Source: Antechinus flavipes (Eukaryota). Taken from it: a DNA stretch of 64,000 nt. The stretch spans positions 212,784,001 to 212,848,000 of the forward strand of contig NC_067399.1 in assembly GCF_016432865.1 (NCBI RefSeq), in the 5' to 3' direction. Below are positions 1-11,977 of this stretch, in pieces. A model generated the notes under the pieces. The model saw nothing but the letters and a program-made list of their open reading frames with translations, did not search any database and was not told the origin of the DNA. The translations under genes and the position numbers were made by a program. The first letter of the stretch is position 1, and every line of letters starts with the position of its first letter.

Positions 1-229
1 AGAAACCTATTAAGTAGTATATACCCTCTTGATTGATGACTGCCTCTCCTACACCACTATTTCAGGAAAAGTCCCAGTCATACTTCACTACTCCCAGCTC
101 ATCTCCTCCTCCTAGCAAAGAGCCTTACTCTCCTACAGATTTTTCTCTCCCTGCCTCTCTCTCTCTTTTAGCACTATGAACCATTGTTTCTGGATGGAAT
201 AAATCAATATACTTTCCTAAGAAACAGAC

Positions 230-480
230 ATACATATCAGTAATTTTTCTAGACCTAATGTCCCCCTTCTCCCTTTTGTGTATTGTCTCCCACATTACAA
301 TGTAAGCTCCAAGAAGACTATCTATTTTTACATTTTTTATTGCTAACGCTTAGCAACTAATCAGTGCTTAACAATAAACTTTTTTTATTCATTCTGCATT
401 CCAAGAACTATGCTAGAATTTGGGAATATGGACACAAAACAAAGTAGTCACTGCCCTCGAGAAGTTTACATTCTACTCTA
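230..480. mobile_element. Old L2 LINE 3'-end fragments (two, opposite orientation)
   Basis: Typical L2 tail motifs: tgtaagctcc...cagtgcttaacaataaa on plus, and tatgctagaatttgggaatatggacacaaaac...ccctcgagaagtttacattcta on minus. Recognised from memory; boundaries approximate. Confidence 0.55.
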
Positions 481-597
481 AAAATATTCTCTGACAAATT
501 ATTTCAGTCATCACATTGCCTGAATTCAAGCTTCAACTCTGTTGTACTTCAGCTATATAAACTTGGGTTTCAATTCTTAGAGGAAAAGTCCTGTAGC

Positions 598-1076
598 TGA
601 TGGGGTTCTAGGTCACTAGATAAGGCTTGGCACCAAATGCTGGGAGTTGGTCATGTGAAGAATTCACAATGACCTTTCTCTTTAGCAAAAAGTAGATTTA
701 TTTATGAAAAGAAGTTACAGACAAAATGAAGAAGTAAAATAGATAAATAAAGTTGGGAGAGCATTTAATTAGACATCATGAGGCATGGGGGAGGTGGTGA
801 AGAGGAAGACACCATGAGGCAGAATGCCATGGCAAACTAATCCAAAGCAAAGATGTGGCTGCAGATTTATAAGGGAAATTTAACTTCAGGGATTTGACAT
901 AACTTGGCTTTCTGGTTGGATACAGTAAGGTGGGATAACCCAAGACCTCCCCAGGGATGGAACTATAAGGTTGAGCTGATCTCCATCTATACTTTTCCCT
1001 GCTTGCCTCAGGGAGTAATCTTTTCAATACTTCAGGCTTTCTCTGTCAACCCCACCAGTGACCCAGGACCTCATCA
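598..1076 (-). mobile_element. Solo LTR (class I-like, 4-bp TSD)
   Basis: TG...CA termini with a 17/20 terminal inverted repeat (tgatggggttctaggtcact vs revcomp of agtgacccaggacctcatca). Flanks TAGC (594-597) and TAGT (1077-1080). Minus-strand AATAAA near 700 and TATAA near 870. Confidence 0.75.
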
Positions 1077-1099
1077 TAGTTATCTGTCAGATAAATCAC

Positions 1100-1340
1100 A
1101 AAGTAGTAATAGTAACTATTTGCATGTATATAGCACTCTAAAGTTTACAAAATACTTTACACACATTATCCCATATGATTTTTACAAGAATCCTGTATTA
1201 TTAGTCCTATTTTATGAATAAAGAAATTAAAAGCCAGAGCAGTTAAGTGATTTTGCCATGGTCACACATCTTAGAAGTGTGGGAGGTGAGATTCAAATCC
1301 AAATTTCTTCTAATTCCAAGTCACAGTGCTTTTTCTGTGA
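1100..1340 (-). mobile_element. MIR/MIR3-type CORE-SINE
   Basis: CORE motif ttaagtgattttgccatggtcacac and reverse B-box-like gattcaaatcc. Confidence 0.75.
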
Positions 1341-1594
1341 TATCATACTGTTTCTCCTGTACGTTTTCCAAATTTCTGAGTCTGTGACTGTGAATCTTCT
1401 GGTAATAAACTCCCTGAGAAAATCTCCCACTTTGTTTCCACCCTTCACCTTACATAAGTCTCAAGGTGCCTGAGGTAGAATTCTCCCTCTGAGCTCATTT
1501 CTACCATAATTGTAGAAATGAAGTCCAAATCTAGCGGTCTAAAACAGTAATAGGACAGACTAAGGTCAGAAATAAAAACACAGTTATCCCTTAC

Positions 1595-1694
1595 CTGACT
1601 TGACAAACTTGTTTTTAGACTTCTAGGATGACACATGTTCTTCTGTTGTGAGTTTCTGTGATGTTGCATAATTAGGTGGTGATTTAATATAGAG
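1595..1694 (-). other. Candidate 100-bp internal exon (unverified)
   Basis: Acceptor ctgtcattttttttag| and donor CAG|GTAAGG. One open frame (SILNHHLIMQHHRNSQQKNMCHPRSLKTSLSSQ). No recognisable protein. Confidence 0.3.
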
Positions 1695-2819
1695 CTAAAA
1701 AAAATGACAGTAATCATGGAGGGAAAAGAGAATAAAATATCAAGGAAAGCAGTTAAATGAGCTTAAGCGCCTGGCATTTTGTGATGTGTATCTGTTAGCA
1801 ATTTGTCAAACTGTAACAATAGAGATAATTTCACAAATAACAGGGGTTCATAAATTTACAATAGCACTCCAGTATTTAGGATTTAAGAAAAAAGCTTATC
1901 AGCTTAAAGAAACAGTTGGAAAATTTGGGTCAAGTTTACACATCTCAAATTAAAATGGAGACTCAGTCATTCTAAAACTGAAAAATTCAGAGCTGGGTAA
2001 ATCCAATGGCTGAATCATTTCTTTCTAAATTCCTGACCTCACAAAAAAGATATAAAAACAAATTCCAAAGAATTTGTAAATCAATGATACAATATCTATA
2101 CAAAATGAGACCATTCTGATCCATCCCAACTTCCAGTTATTAGAAGTACTTCTTTTCTCAAATAACTTTGTATTTACTTGTATATATACATGTCCCTCAT
2201 TCCTTAATAGAATGCAAGACTATTGAGGGTAGAAATTATGTAATGTATCATTTTTATGTCTCTAGACCTCTAGAACCTAGTATGGTGTCTTTCACATAAA
2301 GTTATTTAATCTGTGTTTGTTAAATGGAATAGATTTTCCTTTCCTTTGTTATCTGCATGTCCAAGATGCTTCTTCACAAACAATGCCCCTTTTTTTTTAA
2401 TAGTAACTTATTTTTTAAAAGCCTATGAAATTCTCTTTTATCCATGTCCTACTTGTAATATAAAGGAAAATTCTAAAATATTGAGAGAGTGGTGGGGAAG
2501 TTACAGGGGGAAAAGACTCTAAAGGTCCATTCATGGACAAAGGCTGAGAAATATGGCATAACATTGGAAAGACTGTCAAAAATAACCAGCTCTCTCATAA
2601 ACATTTGTTAAAATCTGGTCATTGAATGTTTTGGATTTTTTCTATAATTCCTTTCAATTCAATAACTACTAATTAAATGTTTATCAATCAATTGATAAGC
2701 ATTATTAAATGCCTACTGTAAGCTAAGCCCTATCCTTGGTGTTAGAAATGTAGAGCCAAAACTAAGAGGAGCATGATCCTTCTACAACATGCTGAACACC
2801 AAAATAATACGACTCAATA

Positions 2820-3340
2820 GATTCCTTTCTTTTGTGATTCAAATGGTCTTAGAATACAAGACCGAAATACAAATAGGTATTGAGAACATAAAAAGGACAG
2901 TGACTGACAAAAGGATTTAAATATAACAAAAGATTCATTAACAGCACTCTTTGTGATAGCAAGACTGGAAACAAAATGAGTGCCTATTGATTAGGGAATG
3001 GCTGAATAAATTGTGGCTTAGTAATATAAGGGATTGTGACTGCCATCTTTAATAAAGGAATATGAAGAAAATCTTCCCTAAAGGAATGCCAAACAAAAAC
3101 AATATACATAATAACTACGTTGATTTAAATAAAAAATTAAAAACAGTGGAAATATTATGATCTGTAATCAACAATATGGATCTTGAAGAACTGATAAGTA
3201 AATATACCCTCAACTTCAGGAGAGAGCTATTCACCATGTCTATGGAATATGCATTACATGACTAAAGAAATTGCTCTGTTAACTGGCTTTGCTTAAATTT
3301 TTGGTATGTGTGATTGTTACAAGAAAGAGTTCAAAAAAAT
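2820..3340 (+). mobile_element. Old L1 3' fragment
   Basis: cagcactctttgtgatagcaagactggaaacaaaatgagtgcc...gggaatggctgaataaattgtgg is the ORF2 C-terminal/3'UTR signature. Confidence 0.6.
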
Positions 3341-4619
3341 GTGAATATTACAGGGATCTTACTATGACATAAAAACAAAAGGCAGTAATAAACTTTTTTT
3401 CTAAGAAAGAAAATAAATTAAGAATTATTAAAAGCTCTTACTGAGATTTTCAAATCATCACAAGAAAAGAAATAGATAACACAAATACATGAATATGTAT
3501 ATTTATACATACATAAATATGCAAGTTTTCCATCATGATATTTTGTCTAAACTTTGAGACATTTTAAATTTATGTCTTTTCAAGCTTTCTATCATGTTCA
3601 TCAAAGAATCGTTATTGTATTCACAAGGAGAAAAAGTTATTACACTGAAAAGGCCATCCTTTTTCAACATGAGAGAATTCTGTAAATGATTTCAAAAAAA
3701 TCAAATTGCAAAGTTAAATAAATATATACTTTGACCTTTTTAAAAACTATCCATATGATACTGTGTGTACCTGAAGAAAACATAATGTCATGATTTCTAT
3801 CTTCCCTAAAGATTTGATACAACAGAATACTTTTAAGTCAGAGGATTTAAGTTTATTTCTTGACTCTGATACCAACATGGTTTTAAGTCCTTTAACCATC
3901 TTGGTCATACTTTTTACTCATCTATAAAAATGAGGAAATTAGAATAGACTGTATCTTGGATCTCTTCTAGCTCTGAATATTATGTCTATGATCCTTCCAT
4001 GCCTCATTATATTATGGGAATGACCTTGCCTTCTTAGGGGTAGGATCCCACCAAGTTGAGATGACTCAATATAGACCTAGTGATAGATAATATATCCATC
4101 CAGCTTCAACAAATAGATGCTAATTTTTTTTTCAGTAAAAACTCTATTTAGAACTCTACCCTCTACTCAGGTGTAAAGGAGTAGCAATTTGTCACCTGTA
4201 GAGGGAGTGTGCCCACCAATAAAGTCACAATTCTCTGCTATATTGAAATATGAATAATCTAGGAGTGTCCTTATTACAGAAAATCATATGACCTCTAGTG
4301 AGTGGAAGTCATTAATATATATGCCAGCAAAGAGAAAGAGAAAACTATTTCTCTGCTGATATTGCTCTGAAAAAATAGAATGGATAATTTGGAATCAAAG
4401 GACAAGATTCTAGTTTGGAGTTAAATATCTACAAGAGATCATTGACTTGCACCCCTTGGTTCCAAAGATAAATATTCTTATGAAAGTGACATTTATTTTT
4501 CCTTTATTCCCATTATCTGTAATCTAATTTTTATTGTCAATCCTGAGACATGTTCAGACAATATGCATTCTTGTTTGTTTGTTTTTTCCTTAGATATCTC
4601 CAAAATCCTTATCTTCAAC

Positions 4620-4869
4620 TGTTATTGTTGTTGTTATTCTTTAATTTTTCAGTCTTGTATGACCTCATTTGGGGTTTTCTTGGCAAAGACACTGAGTGGT
4701 TTGCAATTTTTTTCTCCAATTTTTTTTTTTTTTACAAATAAGAAACTGAGTCAAACGGATTAAGTGATTTGCTCAGGTCACAGAGCTAATAAGTGTCTGG
4801 GGTCAAATTGAACTCAAGTTCTCCTCAGTCCAAGATTAGTGCTCTAGCCACTGGGCCACCGAGCTGTCT
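4620..4869 (-). mobile_element. MAR1-like CORE-SINE with BovB/RTE-type tail
   Basis: ggggttttcttggcaaagacactgagtggtttgc tail, CORE region, and reverse tRNA-like head ending ccaccgagctgtct. Confidence 0.85.
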
Positions 4870-5029
4870 GTATCTTCAACTACAATGGGACTGTTTCCCA
4901 AATGATTTAGTGAATAGCTCAGTTTTGGGGTCAGGACCAATGCAAATCATTCAAAATAAACTGCTCCTATATATACAATGCTTTAGGGTTTCTTAGAAAT
5001 GCTATGTAATTTTGGTGACCAAAAAGGAT

Positions 5030-5450
5030 AGATCAAAAAACCTGAAGAATCAATTAAAAAGTATTTATCAATCACCTATGAGGTCAGGCACTGTGCTAGG
5101 TGCTAGTATAATGAATGAAACAATTCCTTCTCAAAATATGCTTCCATTCAGAAGGGAAGAGAAGTACTTATAAAACTGTATGCAAGATAAAGATAAAGTT
5201 AATAAATATAAACATATGCATATACACATGTATATATGTGTCTGTTCATACCTACCTATACACATGCATACAAGTTAGTTTGGGAAGGCAGACATTAGCC
5301 ACTGAGTGGAATCAGAAAATCCTTCAAGCAGAAAACAATATCTAAGTAAGCTGCACCTTAAAGGAAGAGTAGGGCCCTATGAAGTAAAGGTAAGAAGGAC
5401 ATGAATTCCAAAGATGGTAGGGCCACTGCAGAGGCACAGAGAAGAGTTGA
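5030..5450 (-). mobile_element. L2 fragment
   Basis: aagtatttatcaatcacctatgaggtcaggcactgtgctagg is the reverse L2 3' end. Confidence 0.6.
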
Positions 5451-5689
5451 GAACATGCATTTCCCTATTATATTTTCAGAGGTCAGAATCTAAGGCTGTG
5501 GGTTATTGTACTTACTATCAGACTTAATTCATGCATTGATTGGTTTTGATTGATTGCTTTTTTGGCTTTTTTAAATTCTTTGTTATAAAAATTATCTCAT
5601 TGCAGAAAGGAAGAATATATTCAAAATGAAAGTCATATTTTAAAAACTAAAAATAGGAATTGAATATAATAATAATAAAAATAGCAACA

Positions 5690-5940
5690 ACAACAAAGTA
5701 GCTACTCTATGCCAGGCACTATGCAGAATGCTTTGTCAATATTATTTCATTTAGTCTTCATAATAATCCTAGAAGGTAAGTGCTATTATTATCTCTATTT
5801 TACAGATGAGGAAACTGAAGCAGACAGAAGGTAAGCAATTTGTCCAAGTTCACACAGCTAGTATGTGTCTGAAGTGAGATCTGAACTCAGATTTGACTCC
5901 GTCCCCGGCACTTTATTCACTGTACCACCTAGCTGTCTCT
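5690..5940 (-). mobile_element. MIR-type SINE
   Basis: ttttacagatgaggaaactgaagcag CORE motif, ctgaactcag B-box, ccacctagctg head. Confidence 0.8.
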
Positions 5941-6309
5941 ACCTGTGATTTCTTTGATATAGGAAGCTTCCTGATAAGAAAACTGCTTGTAGCAAGACAG
6001 TTCAGCATCTTCTTTACAACTTGGAGTCTTACAGAGCTTATGATTTTCTCAGAATCACACAGCCAATCTCTATCAGAGATTAAACTTCAACCCATGACTT
6101 CCTACCTACAAGTTCACTTCTCTGTCTATCTGTCATCTAATCTATCTCTATGCTACACTGCCTCTAAAAGTAAAAGAATTTTTTTTTAATTTAAGATATT
6201 TTTATACTGTCAAAAGCATTTCCTTCACAACTGTCCTGTGAGATATAAATTAGGAAATCAAGTAACTGAAAGGGTTAAATGTTTTACCCAGACTGATTCC
6301 AAATTCAGG

Positions 6310-6535
6310 ATTCTTCCAGAGCAGAGAATCAAGCAGAGAAGGGAAACTGATGACAAACTAAAACAGACAAAGGAAGAAAAGAAGGGAAGCCAGGCAAAGA
6401 AAGGAAAACAGGTAAGGAAGCAAAGACAAAGGGAGAGAGACAGACAGAAAAAGAAGAGAGAAGAGAGAGAAAAGATGACAAGAGAGAGAGAGGAGGGGGA
6501 AGCAGAAGAGAGGCAGAGACACAAAGGGACAGATA
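6310..6535. repeat. GA-rich low-complexity tract
   Basis: Purine-rich (GA/AAG/GACA) repeats; these explain the three overlapping ORFs at 6238-6564. Confidence 0.9.
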
Positions 6536-6609
6536 GAGTTTGCAACTATTTTAGACAAATGTAAAATGTCATATCAGAGATTCAAAGAAAAAACTTTCAC
6601 CATATTTAC

Positions 6610-6687
6610 CTTTTAATAGTTTTTCTTTTCAGGCCAGTTTTGCTACTTTAAGCTAAGGGACAACCATTAAGAGTGGTTCCACTTGTA
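6610..6687 (-). other. Candidate 78-bp exon (unverified; stop in every frame)
   Basis: Acceptor atttatttgtttccacag| and donor AAG|GTAAAT. Best frame TSGTTLNGCPLA*SSKTGLKRKTIK. Confidence 0.25.
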
Positions 6688-7859
6688 CTGTGGAAACAAA
6701 TAAATTATTTTTAGTTCATTAAGGCAGACATTGCAATCTCCATCAGAATTCATTATATTAAATCAAGTCATTAGAATACTAGTGCCTAAATTGGAATGCT
6801 AATGGTTAATTCCAGGCAGAACCAGACTATTGCAGAGGCAAACAGGCATTGATCCAGTAATTTGATGAAACTTTTTTTTCCAGTCAGTTTATAAAAGAAA
6901 ACTTGTGTTCATTACATCCAGTCTGGATCATGAACTTGTTGTCTAACTCTAGACCTTCCTTTATGCTGTGTGCTTACATCAAAGTTCTTAGTTTGTGCAC
7001 CCAGCCAGATGGATCCAACTTTTCAGTTCCTGTATGAGATTGACTAAGAAAGCCAATAATTTTGATTGAAAGAATGTTTTTTATTACTGAATAACCAAAA
7101 TTTTAGGTTAGTGACTGACAAAAAAAATTGATAGATAAATATAGAGATATAAAAATAAGCAGAGATATATAGACAGATATTCAGATAGGGTTGCCAAAGT
7201 GATTTTCTTAAAACATAAATCTGATCATATTACAATCCTCTTCAAACTCTAGCTGCAATCTATTAGTAGTAGGATAAAATATAAAAATCCTCTGTTTGGG
7301 ATTTAATGTCACTATATCAACAATCACTTCTTGGGCCAGGAAACTGAGGTACTTCATCTTCTATCCTTCCACTAAGTAGTCCTCATCTCCAGACTTATGG
7401 TTAAGAGTAGACTCACTTAATTCTAGATGTGCCTGACTACCTAAAAAAAGTCTCAGGCTCTTTTTTTCGTTAAGTCTTTGGTTCTTTGCACCTCCCATCT
7501 CACAGTCCTAGGGAAAGTAACTTAGAGCTTAGGTTTTGATTCATATGTAGCATCTCTCCAAAGTGCAAAGTAGAAAAATACTCAATATACAACACAGAAC
7601 AGATATAGGTCAGCTGTTTCTTCAAAAAAGAAACAGTACAAAAGAAACACTATACACAAAAGCCTCACAAATCCACATTGACAGAAAACTTAAAAAGCAC
7701 TAGCAATAACTTATAACTGCTATTATATTCTCTTGGGAGATTGATACTTAAAACATCGAGACATAATACAGTTAGAGAGACTGCTGAATAAGCATTTTAA
7801 ACTTAACTTTGCCTCTATAGTGTCTAAATGATTCCTTCCAGTTCCCTGATTTGTAGGTC

Positions 7860-8994
7860 TAAACAACTCTCCCATCAGCAGTAATATTCTCCAATAAAGA
7901 ATTTCTGTTGCTAGTCATTTTTGACTAAGGGACAAAGTTAACTCCAAGGCTTGATGTGACTCTCTTGGGATTGATGTTTAGTTATTTATTCTCAGGGAGG
8001 GTTACACAAAACAGTAGAGAATCCTGGGCTATGGGATCCAGTCTCAGCTCATCCAAGTAGGACATCAATTGATCAATAAGTATTTATGAAGTGCCTATTA
8101 CTTTCTATCACCCACTGTCCCAATCCTATCACTGCCTTGCATTGGTGAAGGGGCTGGTATAGCTCAATATAAATATGAGTTATGTTAAATAGCAACAAAA
8201 CTTCTCTCCCATAAAACTGTGGAGCATTCTTCCACAGATATATACTTTGGTGGGAAGAATGGACATGTATAGGAAGCATATACAGCTAGGGCACACCTGT
8301 GAAAAGGCACTCACATAGGGAATAAATGCAAAGCCAAGATATATGCAGAATGCATGTCCATAGCACACATAGAGGAACAATACACACCTCTAATATTTTC
8401 AATACCACTGATATCTTCCACTGATATCATCACATTATTCCCATTGGGCCTGCATCTCACTAGTCTCATGATCTCCACCCAGATCAAATGGATACTGCTC
8501 TACTGCATTTAACTTGAGGCTCAACCAAAACCTTCCTTGCTTGAAGAAGTAGAGTAGTCACAATAATACTAATTATGGTTAAGCCTGTAGAGGTTTGTTT
8601 TTTTTTTTTTTTTCCTGCTATTTCTCTTTTCAATAAAGAGTTTTATTTCCTTCTGAGTCTTGACTAGGCTTCTCATCTCCACTCACCCACCAAGATCTTT
8701 AGATTAGAATCTGACCTCCCTAATGCTCTCTGACCTAATCTTTATTTTGGACTCAACTTCTTGTTCACTGGACTTGAGGTCCAGTGCAACTTTACTGTAG
8801 CTCATCCAAAACATTCCACATATTCCCTATTTTTAATTACTTAAAGTTAATCTAATGATTATTTATTCAGTAACTACCAAAGTTCTCTTCATGGTTCTCA
8901 ATAAACAACTCTCCCATCAGCAGTAATATTCTCCAATGAAGAATTTCTGTTGCTAGTCATTTCTGACTAAGGGACAAAGTTAACTCCAAGGCTT
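7860..8994 (+). repeat. 93-bp direct repeat pair (7860-7952 and 8902-8994)
   Basis: The two copies of taaacaactctcccatcagcag...gttaactccaaggctt differ at 2 of 93 positions. Confidence 0.95.
7953..8813 (+). mobile_element. Possible solo LTR
   Basis: TATAAA near 8168, AATAAA near 8322 and 8632, a U5-like hairpin at 8763-8790, and a ...ccaaaaCA end. No TSD found. Confidence 0.4.
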
Positions 8995-9046
8995 TGTTGG
9001 ATTACTTTACAATAATAAGCTTCTTTTATTATTCATTAAGATATTT

Positions 9047-9206
9047 NNNNNNNNNNNNNNNNNNNNNNNNNNNNNNNNNNNNNNNNNNNNNNNNNNNNNN
9101 NNNNNNNNNNNNNNNNNNNNNNNNNNNNNNNNNNNNNNNNNNNNNNNNNNNNNNNNNNNNNNNNNNNNNNNNNNNNNNNNNNNNNNNNNNNNNNNNNNNN
9201 NNNNNN
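9047..9206. other. Assembly gap (160 N)
   Basis: Run of N. Confidence 1.
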
Positions 9207-9689
9207 CTTAGTTTTTTACATTGTTCAGCTTCATTTTTGGTCCTTTAATATACAAATATAAGCAGACAAAGCTTGAAAGGAATTTTGAAACGCATAAACA
9301 TAATATCTTGCACAGAGATAACAATTGAGTTCAATGTCAGGATTGTTCTCCTTTCTAGGGTGGAATGTACCATGGCAACAGCAGCAGTAGGAAGGAAAAA
9401 GGGGCTTAGAGGCCCAGGCCAGAGCCTCCTACCTAGATCCTGCCCCTCTTGAGGACAACTTCCCTTCCTCTTTCCCTCACCTGGCTTTCTCTCCTTAGCA
9501 GACATTACCTGATCAAAAAAAGACCATTCCCCAGGACCCTAGGAAGATGATGACCAAATAGGGAGGCCCAGGGACAGCCGTCCCCTTCTCCAAATGGGAA
9601 TGTGTCACTCATGGAATATACCCAGTCTCTGTCAAGAGAAATGCTAGTGAAGGAGGCTATAGGCTAAAATCAATTGTGCTTTTTGTTGG

Positions 9690-9940
9690 TGGCGGGTAAT
9701 TTTTTTCAGTTGTGTATAACTCCTTATGATTCCATTTGGAGTTTTCTTAACAAAGATACTGAAATGATTTGTCATTTCCTTTTCCAGTTCATTTTAGAGA
9801 TGAGGATACTGATGCAAATAGGGTAATGTAACTTGCCCAAGACCACACAGCTAATATCTGAGGCTAGATCTGAACTCATGAAGAAGAGTATACCTAACTC
9901 CAGACTGGGTATTCTCTCTACTATACCACCTAACTGTTCA
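9690..9940 (-). mobile_element. MAR1-like CORE-SINE
   Basis: ttggagttttcttaacaaagatactg tail, CORE region, ctgaactca B-box, ccacctaactg head. Confidence 0.8.
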
Positions 9941-10787
9941 TACAGAGCAATGGCTGCTACCTAACTATATAATATAAAATAAATATAATACTCCAATCTC
10001 TCCATGATGTCTGCTTCAAAATACATAATGCTAGACTGTATTTGATTCTCCCTAATCCTGAGAACCTGAAGTGACCACTGTCATCCAGGACACATGTAGT
10101 GGGCCCAGTCTGAGCCAACCTCCCTGACTGATTCTTGTTGAATCCTAAGAATAGAGATTTTGACCAGAGTTCATTCCCTGATTAGCCAACCCTGGATCTC
10201 TGCTGAACCCAGGATGGCCATTCATAATCACTCCTCCCCCCCTCACACAATGAGATTAGAGGAAGTTCTACCTCCTGGAATCCTCACTTGTGTCAATATA
10301 TGAGAAAGACTTGGACTGGACTCCAGTCTTAACTGCCTCTCTCAGATTTCTGTCATCTCCAAGTCATCCAAGCAGGAAATGTGTGGCAGTTTACAAATAC
10401 AAGTCCTAGATCCCTTCCCTTCATAAGGAAAACACAGGGAGAAGAACATGAGCCTCTCAAGGCAGCCCTCACTCTGTTTCCCTGCTTTACCCTCAGTGCT
10501 GCTTCACCTCAAGTGCCCTTTGGTCTGGGGCTGGATCCCCATCCAAGCATTTCAGGGCCACCTCATGATAGAGGGGAACCTGACAATAAAATCCTTCCCT
10601 GGTTGAGAGAAGCAGGTCCGGGGCCTGTTGGAATGGTTTGATAAGACTTTGAATTGGGATTCTGCCCCACCACAGACTGACCTAAAAGTCATAACTCAAC
10701 ACAACTACCAGATTAGACTCCCTTGATCACTGGGTCCCTAACATTACTACCAGGGAGGTAGAACTTGGATTGCTCTTCCTCCTTTAC

Positions 10788-10916
10788 TTTTTTTTTTTTT
10801 TTTTTGCTGAGGCAGTTGGGGTTAAGTGATCTGCCCAGGTCACACAGCCAGGAAGTATTAAGTGTCCTCCTGACTTCAGGGCTGGGGCTCTGTCCACTGA
10901 ACCACCTAGCTGCCCC
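10788..10916 (-). mobile_element. WSINE1-like young SINE (internally deleted)
   Basis: Poly-T, then gctgaggcagttggggttaagtgatctgcccaggtcacacagc...ccacctagctgcccc; the B-box segment is missing. Confidence 0.85.
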
Positions 10917-11915
10917 TCCCCATTTAGTTCTTATGACCGGATTGTAGCCTGGGCACCAGCACCCATGAAGAAAATGTGACTTTCCATCTTTAATGACAAG
11001 TATAAGAAATTAGCTCATGTCCTTCCCTCCTTTGGCTGCTCGCACAGCATCAACTCCACAAAACTAGGCCTTGAGGGACATTTTGAGCAAGGCTGATGTT
11101 GACCTCCTGGGCTCTGGGATAGAAACATCCTGGAGAAAGAAGCTTGAGATAGGATAAGAGACAGAGATCCCCTGTTCCATCCCTGCCCAGAACTGTTTCC
11201 CCCTTTGTGAGTAGATGATTCCCCAGAGGCACAGCTGAAACTTTCTGACAGTTCCTCTTGGGTGGTTTTCCATTAACGGAGCAACAATTTCTTCACATGC
11301 TGCTTCAGAGACATTTGAAGAGGAAATGAGCAACATACCAGTATGTAATTTATGTTGTGTATTTGCTTTCAAGTTTCATGCCAATTTAGAATTCCCCTAC
11401 TATACCAAGCAAGATTATAGTGAGAAAGATGCTCTTACAGAAAGATACCTCCACAGAAATCACCTAAACAATATCTCTTGTGAACTCAGTATGAAAATGG
11501 AGCAGGCAAATAAAGCATGAGAGACAAAGAGATAGAAACAAAGATCTAACAGTTGAATATGTGGAAATAGATGAGATTACTAACAGTTGAAGGAGGGACT
11601 AGGGTACAGGCCACTCATTTATTATGTTCCCACTCAACTGAATGCACTTTGTGAGAATCTTCCATCATTCAAAACTTGACCATTTCACAATTGGAGTTCT
11701 CTTTCTCAGGAAAGCCATTCATTCATTATTTCTGCAGCCATTCTCATTATCATACCTGAACATAACCTTATATAATTTTAAAACTTGATATAATGACATT
11801 GCATGTGAAGGCTGTACATAACATGTCCCTTGAGCAAGACAAGTATTTAATAATCGTTTTTAAGTTCATATAATTCTGTGTATTTCTCTTGAGAATTATT
11901 TATGTTTACTTGTAG

Positions 11916-11977
11916 GTGATTTTAAAAAAATACATGATCCATTTAAAAGCAGTTTGTACGAGAAGTATGAGTTAAAA
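11916..11977 (+). other. Candidate 62-bp coding exon (phase 1 to 0, unverified)
   Basis: Acceptor tttatgtttacttgtag|G and donor AAA|GTAAGC. Open frame (G)DFKKIHDPFKSSLYEKYELK in non-repeat sequence. Confidence 0.35.

Noticed and set aside
6238-6564. 108-aa charged ORF and two antisense hydrophobic ORFs
   Set aside because: They are translation artefacts of the GA-rich low-complexity tract.
11064-11372. Retroviral integrase core in ORF EAACEEIVAPLMENHPRG...GIIYSQRGKQF
   Set aside because: Superficial resemblance to the PRFG...SDxGxxF region, but the spacing is wrong and no downstream HPQSxGxVER motif is present.
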